From positions 2,843 through 66,842 of the forward strand of contig CAYQZD010000003.1 of NCBI GenBank assembly GCA_964421875.1: a DNA stretch of 64,000 bases, written 5' to 3'. Origin of the DNA: an uncultured bacterium. GTDB taxonomy: Bacteria > Electryoneota > Tariuqbacteria > Tariuqbacterales > Tariuqbacteraceae. A program made the translations under genes and the position numbers. The notes below the pieces were generated by a model that did no database searches, was not told where the DNA came from, and worked only from the letters and a program-made list of their open reading frames with translations. Below, piece by piece: positions 51,422-60,198 of the stretch. The number at the start of each line of letters is the position of its first letter. Positions within the stretch are counted from its first letter, which is position 1.

Positions 51422-51422
51422 A
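51391..51422 (+). repeat. PU4 hairpin overlapping the 5' end of the sulfotransferase ORF
   Basis: CTCGTTCCCACGCTCCAGCGTGGAAACGCATA. Its reverse complement supplies ATGCGTTTCCAC.. = MRFHAGAWERG. Confidence 0.9.
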
Positions 51423-51561
51423 CCACTAATGTCGCCCTAAATAAACCGTAGGGTGGGATTAGCGATTAACTAACTATATTTACATTGATTATGTCATTCT
51501 GAACAAAGTGAAGGGTCTGCGCGTTGAATAATGAAAAAAAACCTTCATCTCGTTCACAGTC

Positions 51562-51586
51562 GAAGGTCGGCTTATTTAAAGCCGAC
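51562..51586 (+). repeat. PU6 hairpin, variant
   Basis: GAAGGTCGGCTTATTTAAAGCCGAC. Confidence 0.85.
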
Positions 51587-51628
51587 ATTATACGTTATAT
51601 CAGTCTTAAGTTTCAAACCATCACCAAC

Positions 51629-51706
51629 TGTCATAGCGAACGAAGTGAAGCAATCGGGTAATACACAGCGTTAAGTCAGATATTTTACAAAGTTGATACC
51701 TGAATC
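51629..51706 (+). repeat. Module C (PU5 + PU9), diverged copy
   Basis: TGTCATAGCGAACGAAGTGAAGCAATCGGGTAATACACAGCGTTAAGTCAGATATTTTACAAAGTTGATACCTGAATC. Confidence 0.85.
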
Positions 51707-51802
51707 CAATTGTGTCGCAGAGTCCCCGCACTCTGCGACATTGCCCCCTCCCGATACATAATATCCTCTAACCTGGTAAAAAAAGATATAACCTTATAAC
51801 TT

Positions 51803-51844
51803 TCACCATTCATCCTTCAGCATTCAGCATTCAGCTTTACCCTA
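51803..51844. repeat. 7-nt tandem array M (CANCNTT)
   Basis: caccatt catcctt cagcatt cagcatt cagcatt cagcttt. Overlaps the pgeF stop (51837-51839). Confidence 0.85.
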
Positions 51845-52577
51845 TCGTTATCAACGCCAAATCCGGCGCAAAATCCTCCCCCATCCTCCGGTAAGATGGA
51901 TATCCTTCACCGCAGGCGGAACATTCCGGAACAACCTCAATCTTCTCCGCTTCCAATCCCGCCGCCGCCAGTTTCATCACCGCGATGCGCTTCAAATCCA
52001 GGTGCGTCCCTCCGGCATCGACATAGCTTATCAACCCCCTCGGCAGAGGCTTGAACGCAGCCACTCTATCCGCTTCAACCGTGTAACAGCAGGCGCCGAT
52101 ACCAACCCCTATCAGCGCGCTTAACTCACTCGGCGGGGTAGTCGAGCAGCTTATTACCGTATCAATCAGATTTTCCAGCACCCCCCCAGCCAGCCCCTTC
52201 CACCCCGTATGAGTGATACCGACAACGCTTTGTGCATCATCCCAGACGAACACCGGCAGGCAGTCGGCGGTAGTAACCGCTAAGATAAGCCCCGGCGCAG
52301 TCGTGACCAGCCCGTCGGTCGCCGGGAAAGCCTCCTCCAGGTTGAAAGCCCCCCTCCCCCGGTCCTCGAATGTCACCCGCCTCACCCGATTGCCGTGACC
52401 CAGCGCCGGCGCAGTAAGGTTCTCCAAACTTAAATCGAGCTTATCAAGGAACCGTTTCCGATTTTTTATCGTTTCCCGCGCAGAGCCGCGCGCGTAAGTC
52501 ATATTGCCCTCGGCGAGTCCGCTCTGGGCGATGATAATTTCACCGCTTCCGGCGCGGTTTTGGATTCTGCGAAACAA
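51837..52577 (-). CDS. pgeF: PgeF/YfiH (DUF152) laccase-domain / purine nucleoside phosphorylase family protein
   Basis: 246 aa. TTADCLPVFVWD..GITHTGWKG..CSAC motifs. Confidence 0.85.
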   Translation of the reverse strand: MFRRIQNRAGSGEIIIAQSGLAEGNMTYARGSARETIKNRKRFLDKLDLSLENLTAPALGHGNRVRRVTFEDRGRGAFNLEEAFPATDGLVTTAPGLILAVTTADCLPVFVWDDAQSVVGITHTGWKGLAGGVLENLIDTVISCSTTPPSELSALIGVGIGACCYTVEADRVAAFKPLPRGLISYVDAGGTHLDLKRIAVMKLAAAGLEAEKIEVVPECSACGEGYPSYRRMGEDFAPDLALITIG

Positions 52578-52582
52578 AGTAA

Positions 52583-53050
52583 TCAGCCCAGAGGCTCCGC
52601 CGCGGCTTTCACCGCCTCAATTATCTTAGCGTAGCCGGTGCAGCGGCATAGATTCCCCGATAATCCGGCTTTGATTTCCGCTTCCGTAGGATGAGGATTG
52701 GCCTCCAACAAAGCTATAGCGGACATAATCATCCCCGGCGTGCAAAAACCGCACTGAACCGCACCCTTATCCACAAAAGCCCGCTGCAAAGGATGAAGTT
52801 GAGTCCCCTTCGCCAATCCTTCGATAGTGATGATATCGCAGCCATCGACTGAAACCGCAGGCGTCAGGCAAGATAGCTTCGCCTTGCCGTCGATAATCAC
52901 AGTGCAAGCGCCGCAGTCCCCCTCGCCGCACCCGCGCTTGACGCCGCTTAAACCCAACACATCCCGCAAAAGCTTCAACAGCATCATCTGAGGCGCTATT
53001 TGAAGCGTATGCTTCTCCCCGTTGACAGTGATATTGATGGGTACTTTCAT
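52583..53050 (-). CDS. (2Fe-2S)-binding small subunit of a CoxS/XdhC-type molybdoenzyme
   Basis: 155 aa. CGEGDCGACTV, CGFCTPG, CRCTGY. Confidence 0.95.
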   Translation of the reverse strand: MKVPINITVNGEKHTLQIAPQMMLLKLLRDVLGLSGVKRGCGEGDCGACTVIIDGKAKLSCLTPAVSVDGCDIITIEGLAKGTQLHPLQRAFVDKGAVQCGFCTPGMIMSAIALLEANPHPTEAEIKAGLSGNLCRCTGYAKIIEAVKAAAEPLG

Positions 53051-53904
53051 CTCCGCGCCTCCTCCATTGCTTGAGGTACAGCCCTGCGGGTCAAAACCTT
53101 CACCATCTCCCGCCGGTACTCCGCGGTAGTCCGCACATCGTCAATAGGACGGCATGACTCCGCCGCCGCGTCAGCGGCGCGGGTGACACTATCCTCGTCT
53201 CCGGCGATGCCGGTCAGGATTTCCTCGGCGCTAATTGCCCGCATCGGAACCGGCGCCACTGCCCCCAACACAATTCGCGCTTTACCCACCTTCCCCCCCT
53301 CAATCCTTACCAATGCCGCCACCCCCACCTGCGCGATTTCCATCGCATTCCGACGGCCTAATTTCAAGTAAACCGCCCCGCTCCCGGATTCTGGAACAGG
53401 AACGATAATGTCGCTGAGGATTTCTCCCGGACGAAGAACCGTCTCACCGGGACCTGTGAAAAAATCGGCGGCGGCGACCCGACGCTTCCCCTCCCCCGAG
53501 GACAGCTCGAATTCAGCCTCCAGGCAAATCAAACCGGGCAGAAGGTCGCCCGCAGGAGAAGCGTTACAAATGTTCCCGCCGATGGTCCCCATATTCCGAA
53601 TCTGAGGACCCGCCATCGTCAAGGCGGATTGGGGCAGAATCGGTACCTTTTTCCACAGCGGTTCCGAAACTGTTATGTCAGCGTGCGTAGCCAGCGGCCC
53701 AATATGGATTGCGCCGGAAACCGCCTCAATACGCCCCAAATCCGGTATCCGTTTCAAGTCCACCATAGCCTCAACCGCCAACAGCCCCTTCTTCAGCCGC
53801 GGAACCATATCGGTCCCCCCGGCGAACACTTTCGCGCCGGGGCGGTCAAGCAGTTCGATGGCTTCTTCGATACTCTCAGGTCGATAATAATTGAATTGCT
53901 GCAT
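53047..53904 (-). CDS. FAD-binding medium subunit (CoxM/XdhB-type)
   Basis: 285 aa. FAGGTDMVPRLK, GTIGGNICNASPAGD, C-terminal RTTAEYR. Confidence 0.9.
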   Translation of the reverse strand: MQQFNYYRPESIEEAIELLDRPGAKVFAGGTDMVPRLKKGLLAVEAMVDLKRIPDLGRIEAVSGAIHIGPLATHADITVSEPLWKKVPILPQSALTMAGPQIRNMGTIGGNICNASPAGDLLPGLICLEAEFELSSGEGKRRVAAADFFTGPGETVLRPGEILSDIIVPVPESGSGAVYLKLGRRNAMEIAQVGVAALVRIEGGKVGKARIVLGAVAPVPMRAISAEEILTGIAGDEDSVTRAADAAAESCRPIDDVRTTAEYRREMVKVLTRRAVPQAMEEARR

Positions 53905-53951
53905 AGTTCCTGTAATATAATGAATCTTTAAACATATCTTCTATCGTTCCC

Positions 53952-53983
53952 CTCGATCCCACGCTCCCGCGTGGGAATGCATA
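53952..53983 (+). repeat. PU4 hairpin
   Basis: CTCGATCCCACGCTCCCGCGTGGGAATGCATA. Confidence 0.9.
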
Positions 53984-53994
53984 ACAATATTAAT

Positions 53995-54068
53995 TGTCAT
54001 TGCGAACGAAGTGAATCAATCGAGTTATTCTGCATTAAGTCAGGTCTTTAGCGAAGCGGAGACCTGAC
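53995..54068 (+). repeat. Module C (PU5 + PU9)
   Basis: TGTCATTGCGAACGAAGTGAATCAATCGAGTTATTCTGCATTAAGTCAGGTCTTTAGCGAAGCGGAGACCTGAC. The PU9 stem is GTCAGGTCT/AGACCTGAC. Confidence 0.9.
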
Positions 54069-54121
54069 TTCTGTGGCGCAGGATCGCCCTAAATTGTCCG
54101 AGAATTAATGTATTTAGAGTC

Positions 54122-54176
54122 GTGGGGTGGGTTCTTAACCCACCAATTTACAAGTCATTCCGGCGCAGCCGGAATC
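54122..54176 (+). repeat. PU1 + PU2 composite
   Basis: GTGGGGTGGGTTCTTAACCCACCAATTTACAA + GTCATTCCGGCGCAGCCGGAATC. Confidence 0.95.
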
Positions 54177-54364
54177 TTTCTTTCCCCCCTTAGAATAAGA
54201 GGGGCAGGGGAGATTTACTCGTTGCACGCTCCCGCATAAGAATGTATAAACCTCCAACAATCGGTAAAGTGCGTGAATGAACAATCATCTGTGCTGTCGA
54301 GTCTCCGCTTTAGACATCAAACCATAGTAAACCTCGTGCCGCAAAATCCCCCACTCTGCGACAT

Positions 54365-54392
54365 CCCGGCGCGTCTGAATGGCCCGCCCTAC
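54365..54392 (-). repeat. PU7
   Basis: The plus strand reads CCCGGCGCGTCTGAATGGCCCGCCCTAC. Confidence 0.8.
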
Positions 54393-54430
54393 ATACTAAC
54401 GAAATATCCGTAATAGCCTGCGTATCTTTT

Positions 54431-54465
54431 TCACCAACCACCAAACACCAAACACCATTTCCACC
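54431..54465. repeat. 7-nt tandem array I (NCACCAA)
   Basis: tcaccaa ccaccaa acaccaa acaccat ttccacc. Confidence 0.85.
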
Positions 54466-54551
54466 ATCGAAAATTGGAACTTTTAATTTGAATATATTAA
54501 TTTCAGATATATGAGCGAGTATAAAGCGAATTTAAACCGAAAAGGAGCGTT

Positions 54552-55085
54552 ATGTCCAAAGTCAATCCCGAAATCGAATCGCTGAAACTGGCGCTTAAAA
54601 CCGAAGAGGACGGACGAAAAATGTACCTGAAGTCGGTGGAGAAAGTCACCAATCCTTTAGCGAAGTCCACACTTGCTAAACTCGCGGAAGAGGAGCTTCA
54701 TCACATCGAAGCGATAAAGGAGTTTTATGATAAACTATCCTCCCAAACCGGCGGCGATCCCGAAGTGGACTATGACAAAGTAGTGAACTATGAACTCCGC
54801 AGAAAAACCATCTTTGAAGCCGCCCGCAATCGGATGGAAGCCACTGTCGAGGAAGACCCTGACTCCATCAACGCCTATCACGCCGCGATGAAATTCGAAG
54901 AGGACGGAGCAAATATGTACAAAGAACTTGAGGCTAATACCGACAACGCCAAAGCTAAAGCCCTCTACGCCTTCCTTTTCGAACAGGAGAGCGAACATTA
55001 CCGCCTGCTCTCGGAAACCCTGCTCTACCTGGAAAATCCCGCAATGTGGTTCGACGAGCAGGAAAAATGGAGTTTCGAGGGATAA
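54552..55085 (+). CDS. Ferritin-like/rubrerythrin-family diiron protein (no rubredoxin domain)
   Basis: 177 aa. Two E..EExH half-sites (ALKTEEDGRKMY..EEELHHIEA; AMKFEEDGANMY..EQESEHYRL). Confidence 0.75.
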   Translation: MSKVNPEIESLKLALKTEEDGRKMYLKSVEKVTNPLAKSTLAKLAEEELHHIEAIKEFYDKLSSQTGGDPEVDYDKVVNYELRRKTIFEAARNRMEATVEEDPDSINAYHAAMKFEEDGANMYKELEANTDNAKAKALYAFLFEQESEHYRLLSETLLYLENPAMWFDEQEKWSFEG

Positions 55086-55097
55086 TCCCCCCTTCAC

Positions 55098-56642
55098 CTA
55101 CCGCCCAGCCTTGAAATCGGCGATTATTTTCCGTATCGAATCCTCGCTGATTCCTTCGCCGTAAGAATTGTTCGCGGTAGTTTCCCCCGGCTCGGAATCA
55201 TCCCTCACCGGGCGGTAGCGAAACTGCTCGTCGTAACGCCAGCGAACAGATTGAGCTTCGTCCGGCGTTTGGAGACCCTCCCCGGCTTGGAGGGGAGTCG
55301 TTTCCAACGCCAAACGCTTGAAATTCAAGAGGTGCATCGGAGTTACATTATCCCCGGTTATCGATCCGCCCCAGGTGCCGCACCCCAAAGTCAACGCCGG
55401 AGGCAAAGCAGTGGTCAATCCCACCGCGCCGTGAGTCGCAGGAGTGTTCACCAAAACCCGCATTACCGGTTTTTCCAGCGCGAAACGCTCCACCACATTA
55501 TCATCCCTGCTATGCAGAGCCATCGTGTGCCCCAGACCGCCGTGACGGATGATTTTTAAGCACATCTCACACCCCTCCTCCCATCCGTCCACCACATAAT
55601 AGCATATCACCGGCGACAGCTTTTCTATCGAAAGCGGGTAATCCTCCCCCACTCCGCCGATTTCCACAACTAACATCTTCGTATCCTCCGGAACGCTGAA
55701 TCCCGCAATCTCCGCAATCTTAGCCGAGGACTGCCCCACAATTCGCGGATTCACCTTCAATCCCGGCAGTATCATCGCCTTTTCCAACAACGAAATCTCC
55801 TCCGGGGAACAAAAGTGCGAGCCCGTCGATTTCAACAGCGCTCTGACTTCAGAGTCTAAGCTCCGGTCCACCACTATCGATTGCTCAGAGGAGCAAACTG
55901 TCCCGTAGTCGAAACATTTGGAAACTGTGATGTCGTTCACCGCTTTCACCGGGTCGGCGGTCTTTTCGATGAAGGCGGGGACATTGCCCGGTCCTACGCC
56001 GTAAGCAGGTTTGCCCGAACTGTAAGCGGCTTTAACCAGTGCAGTCCCCCCGGTGGCGAGCACCACGCCCACTTTGGGGAGGCTCATCAGCTCGTTGGTT
56101 CCGGCGAGTTCAGGCACGGTCATACAGAGGACAGAATCCTCCGGCGCGCCACCCTCCATCGCCGCCCGCTGCATAACCGCCGCCGTCTCCCGAATACAGT
56201 TCACCGCCGCAGGATGAGGCGACAAAACCACGCTGTTCCGCGCCTTCAAAGCGATGATGGCTTTGTAGAGCGCAGTGGAAGTGGGATTGGTGGAAGGGAT
56301 AATCGCCGCCACCACCCCCATCGGCTCCGCCACCCGACGCACCGGGCACGGATCGTCTAAAAAGCCCACCGTCTTCATATCCTTGATATAAGCCCAGAGA
56401 TTGGCGGTGGCAAGGTGATTCTTCGCCAGTTTGTCCTCCCATCGCCCGAATCCGGTCTCCTCCGACGCCATCTTCGCCAGCCGCTCCGAAGCTTCAAAAC
56501 CCGCGCGCGCCATACTCTCAGCAATGCGGTCCACAGCATCCTGACTGAAACCGCGCAGTTCCTGAGCAGCGGCGAAGGCTTGGTCGGTGAGAGTCCGCGC
56601 TTCCTGAATAGACAGTAGGTCGTTATCGGTAAGCTGGCTCAT
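55098..56642 (-). CDS. Acetylating aldehyde dehydrogenase (EutE/PduP/AdhE-N-like)
   Basis: 514 aa. The N-terminus and the GYGTVCSSEQS-like catalytic Cys context (FDYGTVCSSEQSIVV) resemble CoA-acylating ALDHs. About 60-aa C-terminal extension. Confidence 0.8.
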   Translation of the reverse strand: MSQLTDNDLLSIQEARTLTDQAFAAAQELRGFSQDAVDRIAESMARAGFEASERLAKMASEETGFGRWEDKLAKNHLATANLWAYIKDMKTVGFLDDPCPVRRVAEPMGVVAAIIPSTNPTSTALYKAIIALKARNSVVLSPHPAAVNCIRETAAVMQRAAMEGGAPEDSVLCMTVPELAGTNELMSLPKVGVVLATGGTALVKAAYSSGKPAYGVGPGNVPAFIEKTADPVKAVNDITVSKCFDYGTVCSSEQSIVVDRSLDSEVRALLKSTGSHFCSPEEISLLEKAMILPGLKVNPRIVGQSSAKIAEIAGFSVPEDTKMLVVEIGGVGEDYPLSIEKLSPVICYYVVDGWEEGCEMCLKIIRHGGLGHTMALHSRDDNVVERFALEKPVMRVLVNTPATHGAVGLTTALPPALTLGCGTWGGSITGDNVTPMHLLNFKRLALETTPLQAGEGLQTPDEAQSVRWRYDEQFRYRPVRDDSEPGETTANNSYGEGISEDSIRKIIADFKAGR

Positions 56643-56699
56643 TACATAAGCTGTATGATTTTAATAATATGTTAAGATAGAGGCAGCGTTCAAAAATAA

Positions 56700-56768
56700 T
56701 GTCATTGCGAACGAAGTGAAGCAATCGGGTAATATTCCGAGTTAAGTCAGGTCTTAAGCGAAGCGTTT
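56700..56768 (+). repeat. Module C (PU5 + PU9)
   Basis: TGTCATTGCGAACGAAGTGAAGCAATCGGGTAATATTCCGAGTTAAGTCAGGTCTTAAGCGAAGCG. Confidence 0.9.
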
Positions 56769-56769
56769 C

Positions 56770-56801
56770 CTCGTTCCCACGCTCCAGCGTGGGAATGCAT
56801 A
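56770..56801 (+). repeat. PU4 hairpin
   Basis: CTCGTTCCCACGCTCCAGCGTGGGAATGCATA. Confidence 0.95.
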
Positions 56802-56809
56802 CAGACGTA

Positions 56810-56832
56810 GTAGGCGGGGGATTCATCCCCCC
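56810..56832 (+). repeat. GTAGG-headed hairpin
   Basis: GTAGGCGGGGGattcatCCCCCC. Confidence 0.8.
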
Positions 56833-56859
56833 ACAGAATTTGTTGGGGGACAAGCATCT

Positions 56860-56943
56860 GTCTTCGGGCTTTGGTCTTCGGTTCTCCGTTCTCCGTTATC
56901 TGTTCTCAGTTCTCAGTTCTCAGTTATCTGTTCTCCGTTATCT
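56860..56943. repeat. 7-nt tandem array D (GTTCTCN / GTTATCT), 12 units
   Basis: gtcttcg ggctttg gtcttcg gttctcc gttctcc gttatct gttctca x3 gttatct gttctcc gttatct. The last unit overlaps the aminotransferase stop (56942-56944). Confidence 0.95.
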
Positions 56944-58030
56944 ACAATTCCCTCAACGCCCGCCGAATATTCTCCAGCCCCTCTTTAAGTATCCCGCCCG
57001 GAATCCCATACCCCAGCCTGAAACCCCGGGGATATTCGAAAAAACGCCCCGGCATCACCAGCGTCCTATACCCTTCAAACAGCAGCCGCTGCAGTTTCTC
57101 CGCTTTGTCAGAGCTCTCGGTCAATAGAAACGCGCTCACACCGCCGTCAGGCTTGACCCAGTCCAGCTCCGCGGTGGAATTCACAAACTCCTCCACCACC
57201 GGCAGGTTTTCCCGCATCAACTCCTCCGCAGCCCCGGCGAAACTCTCGAACAGCGCCTCCTCACCCAACACTCGAGCCGCGATATGTTCCGTGAACGAGG
57301 GCGTAGTACCCACCGCCAAATCGAACGCGTCCCGCAAAACATTCGCCGCCGCACCCGGCGCAAAAATCCACCCCGCACGAAGCGGTCCTAATCCGAAAGC
57401 CTTGGTCAGACTGGAAGTCACTAAAATATTGTCCGCCAGCAGAAATGAGGTCTTAGGCCCCTTGCCAAAATAGAACTCCAGATAAACCTCATCCACCAAC
57501 AGCCATCCACCAAGCTCCCCCATAATCTGCGCCATCGCCCTTAAATCTTCATCGGGGATAAGTACGCCACTGGGATTGTGAAGGTTGGTCAATACCGCCA
57601 TCCGCGTTTCGCCGCTCAGCAATGACTGAAACTCGTCCAAGTCGATGCGCCACCCGTTTTCCCGGCGGCGAGGGACATACTTGACCTCAGCTCCCGACAG
57701 CTTGAGCGCGTTGGGGAGAGGATCGTAAACCGGAGTCTCCACGATAACTTCATCGCCGGGCGATAGTAAGGCTATGAAAAGTAAAAAGTTAGCCCCGCTG
57801 GTGCCGATAGAGGAAACGATGTTATCCTGAGGCACCCCGTACCGGAGACTAAGCGCCGCTAAATACTCCTCAAGTCCGTAACCGTGATGAACCGAAACCG
57901 GCTCCTCCCCCGGCGAAGTGTCAAGGTCGCTGAATTTCCCCGTGTAGTGCAGTCCCGACATACCCAGGTTCAGCCGGGGCATCTCCACCTTCTTTATCCA
58001 CTTCAAATAAGGAGACTCGAAATCCCTCAT
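56942..58030 (-). CDS. Pyridoxal phosphate-dependent aminotransferase (class I/II)
   Basis: 362 aa. NLHNPSG and SSLTKAFGLGPLRAGW (PLP Lys). Confidence 0.85.
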   Translation of the reverse strand: MRDFESPYLKWIKKVEMPRLNLGMSGLHYTGKFSDLDTSPGEEPVSVHHGYGLEEYLAALSLRYGVPQDNIVSSIGTSGANFLLFIALLSPGDEVIVETPVYDPLPNALKLSGAEVKYVPRRRENGWRIDLDEFQSLLSGETRMAVLTNLHNPSGVLIPDEDLRAMAQIMGELGGWLLVDEVYLEFYFGKGPKTSFLLADNILVTSSLTKAFGLGPLRAGWIFAPGAAANVLRDAFDLAVGTTPSFTEHIAARVLGEEALFESFAGAAEELMRENLPVVEEFVNSTAELDWVKPDGGVSAFLLTESSDKAEKLQRLLFEGYRTLVMPGRFFEYPRGFRLGYGIPGGILKEGLENIRRALREL

Positions 58031-58905
58031 CTCTTCCTCCCCACCGCGATTTTCAAAGCTTTCGGCAGCACCTTGATTTTAAGCGTGTTCTCCTGCCCCA
58101 TTAAATCGCCGTCCACATGAACCGGACCCAAAGGTTCGCTTATAATCGTAACTTTCTTTATCTTGAGGATAGTGGTTGCAGGAACCCGTTTGATTCTGCC
58201 CGTGAAAAGCTTGGGCAGGTGGTAAAGAATCAGCAGAGGACTCATCCGCTTGATGATACACAAATCCAGATAACCGTCCATCGGGTCGGCGTCGGGAGCC
58301 ACCCGCACTCCCCCGCCGTATTGCGCCAGGTTGGCGGCGGTGATGAGGATGGGTTCGACGTCGATTTCACCCTCTTCTATCACAATCTTCATTTTGGGAG
58401 GTCTGTAGCCGAGAAAAGACCTGATGGAGGAGACAATGTAAGAAAGAAGCCCTCGGCGGGGGCCGGCATTGAAAAGCCTGGTGATATGAGCATCCATCCC
58501 CGCGCCGCAGGTCACCAGAAATATCCGCCCGTTCACTTCCCCCAAATCCATCCAATCGAATTCCGGCTCCAAAAGCATGGGAACTGCTTTCTTACGGGAT
58601 AGCGGGATACCGAAATGACGGGCAAAACCGTTGCCCGAACCGGCAGGGACCACACCCAGAGCCGTATCAGAACCTAAAAGACCCCGGGCCACATCGTTGA
58701 TAGTGCCGTCGCCGCCAACCGCTATCACCATATCCAGCTTCTCCTCCGCAGCCTTACGGGCGTACTTCTCCCCGTCCCCCACTTTCCAGGTAGAAATAAT
58801 CTCAAAATCGTGTCCGCTGGGACCCCAGCTCTGCTGAATATAGCGGACTACTGCTTCCCAGTTCTTGATACCGGAAAATGGATTGACAATAAAAAGGACT
58901 TTCAA
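58027..58905 (-). CDS. Diacylglycerol/lipid kinase family protein (YegS/BmrU-like)
   Basis: 292 aa. TTG start. VIAVGGDGTINDV, PAGSGNGFA. Confidence 0.85.
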   Translation of the reverse strand: MKVLFIVNPFSGIKNWEAVVRYIQQSWGPSGHDFEIISTWKVGDGEKYARKAAEEKLDMVIAVGGDGTINDVARGLLGSDTALGVVPAGSGNGFARHFGIPLSRKKAVPMLLEPEFDWMDLGEVNGRIFLVTCGAGMDAHITRLFNAGPRRGLLSYIVSSIRSFLGYRPPKMKIVIEEGEIDVEPILITAANLAQYGGGVRVAPDADPMDGYLDLCIIKRMSPLLILYHLPKLFTGRIKRVPATTILKIKKVTIISEPLGPVHVDGDLMGQENTLKIKVLPKALKIAVGRKR

Positions 58906-58955
58906 TTGCGTTCTGAATTATGGAGGTTGATTGTAGGTTTAATATACATTCATTC

Positions 58956-59044
58956 TGAAAATAGTGGCAGCGCTAATACGCGAGCCGTAAATTTTCATCT
59001 TAAATTGCGCAAGGTCGCGATAGAGACCCTCGAATGAGGGTTTA
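58956..59044 (-). repeat. 92-nt structured element, copy 3
   Basis: Minus strand: TAAACCCTCATTCGAGGGTCTCTATCGCGACCTTGCGCAATTTAAGATGAAAATTTACGGCTCGCGTATTAGCGCTGCCACTATTTTCA. Lies about 50 nt upstream of the lipid-kinase TTG start. Confidence 0.9.
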
Positions 59045-59100
59045 ATATAATATTACTGCAATTAATTTCAACTGTGATAGGCAAAAACATCGCGGCTTCC

Positions 59101-59132
59101 CTCGTTCCCACGCTCCAGCGTGGGAATGCATA
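59101..59132 (+). repeat. PU4 hairpin
   Basis: CTCGTTCCCACGCTCCAGCGTGGGAATGCATA, identical to the copy at 56770. Confidence 0.95.
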
Positions 59133-59206
59133 CCATCTCCGATAACGGCTATAACGTTGCGCTATGCCTTTAGCGAAGCGGAGACCTGACAGTGTTCTCG
59201 TTTCCC

Positions 59207-59238
59207 CTCGTTCCCACGCTCCCGCGTGCGAATGCATA
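59207..59238 (+). repeat. PU4 hairpin
   Basis: CTCGTTCCCACGCTCCCGCGTGCGAATGCATA, preceded by a PU9 unit (about 59168-59190). Confidence 0.9.
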
Positions 59239-59264
59239 CTAGGGAATCTGTCATTGCGCACAAA

Positions 59265-59318
59265 AGAGTGGGTTCTTAACCCACCAATTTACAAGTCATT
59301 CCGGCGTAACCGGAATCC
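59265..59318 (+). repeat. PU1 + PU2 composite
   Basis: AGAGTGGGTTCTTAACCCACCAATTTACAA + GTCATTCCGGCGTAACCGGAATCC. Confidence 0.95.
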
Positions 59319-59376
59319 TTCTTCCTAGTGAGCTTTCAAATGAACGCCCGCTGCAACGGGATGAACCTCCCGCCTA

Positions 59377-60198
59377 CTACCTATCACACCTTTGGCACCG
59401 AGGACAATAAAAAGAACTCCTACCCCCCGAAACCATCCGCTGAATCTCTGCACCGCAAACCGGACACTCCTCCCCCGCCTTGCCGTAAACCCGGAGAAAG
59501 TCCTGGAATCCCCCCGAATCCATATCCGGTCGTTTGTAATCAGAGATGGTGGTGCCGCAGCATTCGATCGCTTCCCCCAATACCGCCCGAATCTCCGATA
59601 CTAAACCTTCAAGCCGCTCCCGTGATAAAACCTGACACCCGGTCGAAGGATGAATCCCGGCTCGATAAAGTATCTCTGAGACGTAGATATTCCCTAACCC
59701 CGCTATCACCGACTGGTCCAGCAGCAGCTCCTTAATCGCCCGCCTGCGTCTAACGAACGCATCGGCTAAGTAATCGGCGCTGAATTCCGAATTCAGCGGT
59801 TCCGCGCCCAGTCTTTCTATCGCAGGGATAACAGCCCCGGAACCGTAATACCTGAGACGACCGAAACGACGGACATCATCCATCGCCAAACCGAACCGCT
59901 CGAACTCGAAACGTGCCACAGTGTGTTTGCCCGAAGCGGTTCCCTTCTCCACGAGTCTGAATACGCCGGTCATCCCCAGATGAGCTAAAATAATTCCCTC
60001 GGAAAGCCGGAACAGCAGATACTTACCCCGCCGCTCAACCGCTTCGATTCGCTTCCCCGATACCGACCTTACAAACTCCGCCGAACTTTGTCCCCGCAAA
60101 TAACTCTCCCGCAGTACCGAACAACCTGTGATGATTCTGCCCTTCAGTGCAGGCGCCAACTCCCGGCGCACCGTTTCAACTTCAGGAAGTTCCGGCAT
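59377..60198 (-). CDS. mutM: Formamidopyrimidine-DNA glycosylase
   Basis: The ATG at 60198 gives MPELPEVETVRREL (catalytic Pro2). C-terminal zinc finger CPVCGAEIQRMVSGGRSSFYCPRCQ. The ATG overlaps the upstream TGA (TGATG). Confidence 0.95.
   Translation of the reverse strand: MPELPEVETVRRELAPALKGRIITGCSVLRESYLRGQSSAEFVRSVSGKRIEAVERRGKYLLFRLSEGIILAHLGMTGVFRLVEKGTASGKHTVARFEFERFGLAMDDVRRFGRLRYYGSGAVIPAIERLGAEPLNSEFSADYLADAFVRRRRAIKELLLDQSVIAGLGNIYVSEILYRAGIHPSTGCQVLSRERLEGLVSEIRAVLGEAIECCGTTISDYKRPDMDSGGFQDFLRVYGKAGEECPVCGAEIQRMVSGGRSSFYCPRCQRCDR

Noticed and set aside
54483-54500. AT-rich palindrome TTAAT-N8-ATTAA upstream of the ferritin-like gene as a Fur/PerR operator
   Set aside because: The arms are only 5 bp in very AT-rich DNA, and it does not match the Fur or PerR box consensus I know. 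It is too weak to call.
58995-59261. Small ORFs inside repeat chains (58995-59261, 56623-56853, 37050-37232, 23154-23408, 47685-47876, 32175-32366)
   Set aside because: They are translations of the hairpin units and heptamer arrays, giving strings such as HAGAWERG, PTLERGNE, LRFARND and PAFAGMT. They begin at the ATG that is part of the reverse-complemented PU4 or at arbitrary codons. The same peptides arise wherever the repeat occurs.
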